Source: Chiloscyllium plagiosum (taxonomy: Eukaryota). From it: a stretch of DNA of 46,804 bases. Location of the stretch: positions 55,977,244 to 56,024,047 of the forward strand of contig NC_057718.1 in NCBI RefSeq assembly GCF_004010195.1, written 5' to 3'. Below the pieces are notes generated by a model. That model was given only the letters and a program-made list of their open reading frames with translations. It did not search any database and had not been told where the DNA came from. The position numbers were made by a program, and so were the translations under genes. Each line of letters opens with the position of its first letter. Within the stretch, counting starts at the first letter, position 1. Positions 37,901 through 46,804 of the stretch are shown here, piece by piece.

Positions 37901-38907
37901 CCTCTGTGCCTTGTGAACTATGATCTGACTTCAGATTTTTGATTTTGAACTCCCCCTTGCTCCTGCCTTGTTTTAAGTGAATACTGCTATCAATATATTT
38001 TATGAACACATGACTTGGTCACCATGACTTGGGTTGTGTATCCCTTCATGAATTCTACTCTGTCTCAGTTTTCTACGGAGTTGGGTGTCTGCATTTGCAC
38101 TCTTAGATTTTCTCTGTCTTATTAGGCTGCAATTGTTTTGCACCTCTGGAATTCTTAGTTTGACCTTATCCTAGAATGAAAGTACTCTCTTTAGTACTGT
38201 TAACACTTTATTTACACTTAAGTATATGTTTACTAAATACAGGTCTCTAGTATAGTGTTTCACTCCTCCTCCATTATAATGTTCTCTCTAGACTCTCCAT
38301 TGCTCTTCTGATATTAGAATAGCATCATCATTTACATTATCATTCGGTTAACTACATGCAATTATACCACACTTATACTTATATTATTCATAAAGATCTT
38401 GGAATTAGTACTAATGTAAACATATACCCCAAGATACAACCAGCGAACACCATGGGAGCTATAGTACGTCATTATCCCTCAAAACCAATTTAATTTATAT
38501 GTTGTAAATTTCCTTTGTTGATTTGATTTTTGTATCAGTGCTCCTTTAAAAGTCCACCATCTGGTTAATCTCATATAATTACTTAATTTAATCACCTTGT
38601 TGGTTAGATCAGAATATGAAATCCTGGAATATCACATTTGCTACAACACTGCAATCATATGCTGAGTAACAATTTCCCAGTCCACCAGCTGCATGGAAGA
38701 TAGTAAGAAATATGCTTGATGAAGTTGTATATTTTGAGTGTTCTAATTTACGGGAATCAGAAGAAATCACAGCCATTTACCTCATCAAGCCAAGAGTGTA
38801 CAGTGGATATAATTGGAAATCAAATGTTACATTAATTAACAATAAGAAAGACACAAAAATATTGATAAAATATTGATATATTCAAATTTATAATACTGTC
38901 TTTTTAA

Positions 38908-39135
<228 letters not shown>

Positions 39136-39949
39136 TGATAGTTATTTGGATAGTTTTCAATATGTTAATGCCTCAGATAAATACAAAATATTAATACCAT
39201 AGACAAACGATTGCTTATAAATTACTGAACTTCCTGCTTACACTACTTCTTTATATTCTCTTTAATTTTCGGCCAAAAGTGTGACATACAAAATATATCA
39301 AAGCGATTATCCATAATGCCAACGCATACACAGATGCAGCCTGTGACATCAACTGGCTGCGACAGGCTTCTGGATGTCACCAGACTGGAATAAGGGGGCC
39401 ATGGAGGCTGGAGCAAGAGGGAGGCAAAGATGGAGGTTTGGGGCTGATGAAGAGTACCTTCACCTTCTTTATGGTGTCTGTAGAGCTAGTCTCCTCAGCT
39501 GCTGTTCCTTCATCATGCTCACCCCCTCCCCACCCGGACCTCTCCAGATGCCATGCTGCCCAAAGATAAGGGCTGCTGTTGCTCTCCTTCACCATCAAAG
39601 AAGAAATGATCCACCTGCTCATCCTGCATCGTGTCATTATCCATTGACAGCCGCTGGGACAGTACTGCTACTTGAGCTTCATTGCTGCAGCTGCCCTTCA
39701 AAGGCCTCACAATCTGTCTGCTCATACTCATTGCTGGATATGATTCAGGCCACCCAGTTTTGGATTTCTCTTCTTTGATGATGTACACTTTTGGCACCAT
39801 TATTTGAGACTACCTGCTGCTTTCCATTACTTCAGAATAATATTGGGTTCATACATGCGCAGTCTTTATAGAACTTAATCATGCTGTTTTCCAGCATTTT
39901 CATTAAATATAAGCAACAATGTTGCTGTCTTTTTTTTAAAGAATAAAAC

Positions 39950-42250
39950 AAAAGGTTGTTAAGAATAGAAGTGAGGCTAAGCAAAGAGGAAAACACATTC
40001 TATTTGTTTTAACACAGATTCAAAGATTTTTAAACACACTGTGGAAATGATCCAAACACGGTACAGCTTAAAAATATTGTTGCAATTCCACGAACATCCA
40101 GTATTTCATTTCTAGCTCAATTCATGTCCAACTGAGAGAGATTTTTCTGTTTGTTTTTATACTTTGATGAGCTTGAACTGATTACAATTTCATCTCATCT
40201 GCTGAAACTGTAGATAACTCTTTCTTAATCATTATTATATTCCTGATTAACTTCCAGTATTTTACTATCTCTGATGCATTTCCTCTTTTAAACGATATTC
40301 AAAACCTTCATCACTTCTTTTCTACTGACTGTATTTTTAAAATTCATTCATGGAATGTGGGCATTGCTGACTTAGCCAGAATTTATTGCCCGTCTGTAGT
40401 TAACCAGTGTTGCCCAATACTTCGGTCTGGCAATATTAACTTCTTATCTTAAGATAATTTTATTACTTTAAACCCCTTTTCTTAATAATGCTGTTTAGTA
40501 GATGTTGCTTTATCAAAAAATGTCTCAATGCTTTAGGGCTTGATAGATGCTTCTCTCTGAAATGCCTTCCCACCCTATACTGAATCAATCTGGAAAGTTC
40601 TCTCCCTAAGCCATCTGAGCAATTCTCTAGGATATCTGGGTAACTTCAGATGTGCAGTTAGGTGGCTTGGCCATGCTAATTTGGCAATACTGTCTACGGA
40701 TGTGCAGGGTAGGTGGATTAGCCATGGGAAATACAGAGTTACAGGGATAGGATAGGGAGGTGGGTCTGGGTGTGATTCTGCTTGGATGGTTGTGCAGACT
40801 TATAGGGCCAAATAGCCTGCTTCCATACTGTAGGGATTCCATGATTTTATGATTCTATCCTCTCATATAGTCATAGAGTCATACAACACGGAAATAGATC
40901 CTTCGGTCATTGCTTGGAATCATCTATATTATAGCTTTTACCTCAAAAGCCAATTATCAACTCCAAACTTACAAATCCACATGCTTAACAAAGAGCTCCA
41001 AAAGTCCAAACTTACAGCAAGCAATGCTAAAATACATATAAATTACACTCAAAATTTTATCACACCTTCACCCAAAGAAAGACACATTTTCATCAAAATT
41101 ATTTTAGTATTAAATCTAAATCTTATTAGCTATATTAATATGTTAACATTAAATATACAATGAATGATACAGCAATTATTTCTACACAAGCACGTTCAAC
41201 AAAGCAATGACATTCTTTTTTCCAGGCAAGATACAGTTCTTGCTTCCTTCCAAAAAATAGTACCACAAACTGCTTCATTGCTCATGTCTGCCTTAGCTGT
41301 AGTTCAAGTCCAAAAGAATTTTGTGAGAACATAGCCTTGTCAAAGATCTAGTAATGGCATCAGTACACTTGGAAACACAATCAGAGCACAGTAGCATTGT
41401 ATTCTGTCCTCCATCATAAAAAAGAAACAACAAATTTTCAGATGATTTATTTTCCTTAGTTACTTCCATGAGTAATTCATGAAGTTTTACATGACCAAGG
41501 TTTTTAATATCTAGTTTCTCAGCACTTTTGAAGTACAAAGCAGAATTAACGGCATCCTTAAGCTGACAGAGATCCAATTTTGACTTCTTGCTGAAAATTC
41601 TATGTTTAATGCATTCTTTATCATGTTCAATATTAGACACATGCATCACCTGCTCAATGACAAATTTCATATAGTATTGGAAACAACAACTTGTTTCTTT
41701 GAGTCTTCTAATCCTAAAAAGTGTTCATATTTTCCTTGAAAGTTTTCTACCATGCATATGCTCACCACTCATTTGGAAATGGTAAAGTAACTGAGTAATC
41801 TGACTGCTGGGAATCAAATCCTCACTGAAAACACTCTTATTCCAAACTATATAAATCTCACAGTTCATCAAGCCCTGTATTTTAAGTATGGATGAGCAGC
41901 CATAAAAGATAGTCTATAATGTGCAGAGTACTTTGTGCTATTCTCTGTGGAATTTACTGGGAAGAGGAGGGAGTTCCATTTAGGAGTTTTCTTTCATCAG
42001 GTTAGTTTCCTTCATTAGATTAATTATTTGAGTACATTTCCTGATTCAACTAAAAGTATGCAGGATAGTACTTGTCAACTTTCTGATGGCAAGAAATCAT
42101 TTGATCAGTTTACCTAAATTTCATGTTAACAGTGTTATATTTGTCATATGCCATTATTTAAACAGAATTTGCTGTAAAAATATGAGAGAGGAGTTTTGGA
42201 CGCCTGCAAATCTGGGCAGTTAATATTGATCACCCTGGTACATATATTAC
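39950..42250 (-). mobile_element. Probable decayed DNA-transposon transposase (hAT-like), interrupted by SINE pieces
   Basis: Residual ORF 41293-41670 and frameshifted motifs at about 41740-41990 loosely resemble hAT-like transposases. No terminal inverted repeats found. Confidence 0.35.
40648..40857 (+). mobile_element. HE1-type SINE 3' half
   Basis: gatgtgcagttaggtggcttggccatgctaa...ccatactgtagggattccatgattttatgattcta. Confidence 0.75.
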
Positions 42251-43309
42251 CAGTTCTTGAGTTCTATTGTGCAAGGAAATGGCAGATGTAATGTTCATTC
42301 CTTAAAAATTACTCAAAGAGTAGAAATTGAAACCAGTGGCTGAAAATTGTTGTTATTTCATTATTACAATTATGAGGTTAACAAAAAAATTATTTCTGTG
42401 CATCTAGCTTCAAATTTAGAGTAAATCAATCTGTTCTGCAGTCTTCCTGAGGGTAGTTTGATTGTTAGAAATCATAGGAAGGCAAAGATTGTTTTACTGA
42501 GGCGCAAAGTTTTTATGTTTTGAGGCAATGGTGGCAAGAATTTACCTTGGGTACAGCCCAAGTTCTACAAATGTGCTGAATGTACCAGGTTGTAAACAGT
42601 TATTCTGCAAGCTGTGCATTTATTTCTAAAATCAAAGAGAGTCGTGGCTAAAGATAGCTAAGTAATATTTCTACCTGGATGCATGGTTTATGTGTTTCAC
42701 CCTGACCCGAGGAAGAGAGCTAAGGCAGCCATTTTTGAGATCAAGTTTCAGGTTTTCCTGAAAATCAATGGCTATCTCAGATAGACATCAGGTCTGAATG
42801 TTCAATGGGAAAAAGAGACTTCTTGGCCTTGCATGTAACCAAATGCAGAAGGATGATGCTCTCTAGTCAAATCAATACATCCTGCAGCCTTCTGAGGAAA
42901 CTGATCCCAGCATGGTCTGGGGACAGAATAATCATCAGAATGGGATTTACTGCTGGTGATGGATATAAGAAATTCTCTGAAAGCTGAAAAAGTGCTTAGA
43001 GAATATTGCTCGGTTTCTACTCAGTGTAGCAGACATATAATTAAGGACTGTAATTTATGGAGATTGCAATGTGCGATAAATATAAAAGGGAGATGTTTAG
43101 GCAATGGTGCTTTTAGTCATCTGTTAAGTTTTGAAATGTGCTTCTTTCAGCTATTAACTAGAATTTTGAATTTCTCCATAAAAGTTTTTAATCCCTATGA
43201 GATTATAACAGGATGATTATAGAAGTGATAAAGTGCATAGATTTGTGAGGGTTTGTGCATTAATAGGATTCTGCTTATTCAATACTATGACAAAATATTA
43301 ATACAATAT

Positions 43310-44094
43310 ATTATCATTTAGGATTTGGATTTTTAAAATAGAGGCAGATGGATTTTTGTCAGTTCTATAGAGTTTTTTTTTCAATCAAAATAATTTGGAC
43401 AGTGACCTAAACATATCATTTCCAAGAAGCATGTGATCCAGTCTGAAGCATTAAATAATGGAATTTTTATGCTGTTGGGTTTACAACAAAGAAAACAGAC
43501 CAAAGGTAATTAGTTAGCTTTTGACTTCAATTTTGAAGAATCAGGAAATCAGTTTAGAAGGGAGAACTGTTTCCTCCTAGCATGAGAATCAAGGTTTCAG
43601 TTTGGAGGAACCAGACATCCAGCAACATGATGTTAGTTTGTGAAACTGCCAAGCTATGAGACTTTGTATCGACATCTTCAAATTATTGGAACTGAAAAGA
43701 CTTATCAGCTATCTGAATGATAAAAACAGACTCTGAAAGAAATTATAAAATTGTTGCAGCAATCCAAGAAGAGTCAGTTAAGTAAGAAATTAAAGAGTTG
43801 TTATTTCTCTAAGATTGAGTATCTGCAAAGGAGAGTCTTGGCAAATAAGTTGATTCTTTGTTTTGCTGTTCATGTTAAAACCTTTCTGAACTATATATAA
43901 ATTAAAAAATTTGTTTTTATTCTTGTGTAAAACATTTGTGTCCTTTTGTTAAATAACCTTTCCAGCCTCATTTTTATATGTCTGGTGACGGCCCATCATG
44001 GTAACCAATGGCAAAAATTAAACATATGATCTATCAAGCCCGCTTTCATTCTGGAATCTGACTTGTCAGCATTCCCATCAGCTGGGATTATAAC
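43310..44094. repeat. Possible solo LTR
   Basis: Ends ...atcagctgggattataaca with LTR-like composition. Left boundary and TSD not established. Confidence 0.3.
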
Positions 44095-44174
44095 AAAACC
44101 TATTATTAAGTTGCTGGAGTACATTTGATAGTGAAACCTCAAATAAAGAAACATCTTATATTAATGTTTTTCAT

Positions 44175-45290
44175 TTACAATCATCGCACAGTTACAGCAT
44201 AAAAGGGTGCCATTTAGCCTGCTGTCAGTGCATAGTCCCTGAAAGAGCAGCTTACCTAGTTCCACTCCCTCACTCTTTCCCCATAGGTTTGTATTGTTTT
44301 TCTCTTTCTCTTCAGGTGGCATATCAAATGTTGTTTGAATGCCCAGTTGTATCTGTCTCCATCACACTCACAAGTAGGACACTCCAAAACTTAATCAGTC
44401 ACTATGTATCTTTTTCTTGTGGTGCTATTGTTTCCTTTGCTCGTTACTTTAAATAAATGTGTCCATATCCCCGATGACTTTGAACTCTTCTATCAAATCC
44501 CTCGATCAATTTCTCTTTTTCACTTAGATTCACTTAGATTACTTACAGTGTGGAAACAGGCCCTTCGGCCCAACAAGTCCACACCGACCCTTCGAAGAGC
44601 AACCCACCCAGACCCATTCCCCTACATTTACCCCTTCACCTAACACTACGGGCAATTTAGCATGGCCAATTCACCTAACCTGCACATTTTTGGACTGTGG
44701 GAGGAAACCGGAGCACCTGGGTTGCCTTTTATAGAAAGAATGGACTAAGCTTCTTAACAGCATTCAGGTAACCAACGTCCCTCATCCCTGAACTATATTT
44801 TGGAAATCTCCTCTGCACATTCTCTAAAGTCTTCCCATCGTAAAAGTGTGATATCCAAATTTGAATACAATAAACTGGAGTTAGTTGAGACTAAACCAGA
44901 ATTTCACAAATGGTCTTAATAATTGATTCACTTTTGTACTTCACGTCTCTATTGCCTACAATTCCATATGCCCTTCAACCACTTTGGCAACTTGCCTTGC
45001 TATTTCCAACCATTTGTGTATATATGTACATAGGATCTCTTCCAGCACCAGCTGCAGAATAATGTTTTCATTATGTTTTGACTTTCTTCCTTCATCCTAG
45101 TAAAATGTACCACTTCATAGTTTTCTGCATCCACCTGTTCCCTCTTGAAGTCTACCCTGACACCTCACAATACTTCCAGGTTTTGTGTCATTCGCAGATT
45201 TGGAAATTGTGTTCTGCAGACTCCAATCCAGGTCATTAATATAGATCAAGAAAATCAGTGATCCTATATCTACCACTCTTTCTATCCTCC
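44175..45290 (-). mobile_element. Old CR1-like LINE 3' remnant
   Basis: ttttgtgtcattcgcagatttgg (minus-strand FADDTK-like region) and a degenerate 3'UTR near 44180-44240. Confidence 0.55.
44521..44721 (-). mobile_element. 5'-truncated HE1-type SINE
   Basis: Reverse complement of about 12350-12533. Confidence 0.9.
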
Positions 45291-45310
45291 CTTAATATAA
45301 TTTTTCAGTA

Positions 45311-45565
45311 CAGGTACACAATCCTTTATCCAAAATCATTAGGGCCAGTTGTTTTTTGGTTTTCAGAATAAATGACATTTTCACAGTGAAGTAAAAAACA
45401 ATTACCGAATAGCAGACCCATGTGTGACTAGTTCGAGCGCTGAGACACAATTGATGCTTGCCAGTGTTGGGCCACACTGCCATGTCACTTATACAGAAAA
45501 GACTTCAAGAGAATAGCTTCTGATTTCAGAGCTTTTCAGATTTCAGATAAAGGATTGTGTAGTAC
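45311..45565. mobile_element. Tc1/mariner(pogo/Tigger)-type MITE
   Basis: Inverted repeats tacacaatcctttatccaaaatc (45315-45337) and gatttcagataaaggattgtgta (45539-45561) match at 21/23. Left end reads TA|CAGGT. Confidence 0.7.
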
Positions 45566-45999
45566 TACTCTGTTTCCTGTCACCCCACACTGCCACCTTT
45601 TTTATGCCTTCAGCTTCAACTTTGCTGACACGTGTATTATCAAACACCTTTTGGCAACCAATGACATCACATTATTCTCATTACTCTCATCAACCATTTG
45701 TTTCCTAATGAAAAAACTTAGTTAGATTATTTAGAGACTATTAGCCTTTAACAAACCCAAATCGGCTTTCCCTAATTAATCTACGTCTGATTTAGAATTA
45801 TAAATCTATTGTTTTACATGCAAACTGACAACCTGATTGCATGAAAAATGTTCCCCATTGGTTTACAAATGGGAGACCACTGCTGTAGACAGTTGGACAT
45901 CTGAGAATTACAGCTGCCAACACAGGATAAATGGTCCTTGTATGGACTGTTTACACATGTGCAGTATCCTGCTGATATGCTTGCAACTAAATTTCAATT

Positions 46000-46319
46000 G
46001 GGCGGCATGGTGGCATAGTGGTTAGCACTGCTGCCTCACAGTGCCAGAGACCCAGGTTCAATTCCCACCTCAGGCAACTGACTGTGTGGAGTTTGCACAT
46101 TCTCCCCGTATCTGCGTGGGTTTCCTCTGGGTGCTCCGGTTTCCTCCCACAGTCCAAAAATGTGCAGGTTAGGTGAATTGGCCATGCTAAATTGCCCATA
46201 GTGTTAGGTGCAGGGGTAAATGTAGGGGAATGGGTCTGGGTGGGTGCACTTCGGAGGGTCGATGTGGACTTTTTGGGCAGAAGGGCCTGTTTCCGTACTG
46301 TAAGTAATCTAATCTAATC
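46000..46319 (+). mobile_element. HE1-type V-SINE, full length
   Basis: A and B boxes, V core and (aatct)n tail. Very similar to 12221-12533. Confidence 0.92.
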
Positions 46320-46489
46320 AATGCCCAGGTCCTACTGGTCAGAAATCAATATAATGTCATTTCATTGTTGATTATGTGGATAACAGCATAGAAACCAGCT
46401 GGATGATCTTTGAATCCTGACAGAGAATCACAAACTGGAAGAGGAGTAGGAGAAGGAAGGAGTGAAAAACACAAGCTGAAAAAACGATT

Positions 46490-46804
46490 TGGAGATGCCA
46501 GTGTTGGACTGGGGTGTACAAAGTTAAAAATCACACAACACCAGGTTATAGTCCAACAGGTTTAATTGGAAGCACACTAGCTTTTGGAGTGACACTCCTT
46601 CATCAGGTGATAGTGGAGGGCTTGATCGTAACACAGAATTTATAGGAAAGCAAAAATTTAGTGTGATGTAACTGAAATTATACATTGAGAAATTGATTGT
46701 CTGTTAAGCCTTTCATCTGTTAGAATACAGTGATAGTTTCACTTCTTTCATGTGTAAATCACAAAACTTTTTTTTAAAGTTGCATTCTCGGGTTGGCTGT
46801 TAAC
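46490..46804 (-). mobile_element. PLE terminal region, cut by the window edge
   Basis: Same family as 8210-8467 and carries a hammerhead motif. Confidence 0.75.
46575..46609 (-). ncRNA. Minimal hammerhead motif with a core mutation
   Basis: Minus strand CAC-CUGAUGA-A-GGAGU(GUC)ACUCC-AAAA-GCUA-GUG. All stems intact, but GAAA has become AAAA. Confidence 0.65.

Noticed and set aside
39374..39800. Overlapping 86-134 aa ORFs on both strands
   Set aside because: No recognisable domain or splice context. Probably an unidentified old repeat.
44285..44400. Strong acceptor-like site (tttctctttctcttcag|gtggc) as the next EML6 exon
   Set aside because: It translates VAYQMLFECP..., unlike the expected EML continuation, and lies in an antisense CR1 remnant.

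Overview
Eukaryotic, repeat-rich intronic DNA, almost certainly from a cartilaginous fish (HE1-type V-SINEs and CR1/HER1-type LINEs; a carpet shark is likely, but that is inference). The only host-gene sequence is three consecutive, phase-compatible + strand coding exons (6026-6214, 24858-25030, 38925-39087) of an EMAP-like WD40 protein, best matching EML6. They are separated by introns of about 18.6 kb and 13.9 kb. The introns are a nested pile of decayed transposons: many CR1 LINE pieces (some with the ORF1 esterase), L2 and Rex1/Babar LINE fragments, HE1 SINEs, several Penelope-like elements (PLEs), a Gmr1-type Gypsy element (PR-IN-RT-RH order), an older Gypsy with a nested solo LTR, a Tc1/mariner-type MITE and a probable hAT-like remnant. 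The most notable structure is a set of minimal hammerhead-ribozyme motifs in PLE termini from at least three families. One of them (18049-18088) has an intact core on the EML6 sense strand. There are also two non-autonomous fold-back (palindromic) PLE derivatives with target-site duplications. A 269-N assembly gap lies at 31716-31984. Almost all ORFs in the supplied track are transposon fragments or antisense noise. Repeat boundaries are approximate and family names come from recognition, not database searches.
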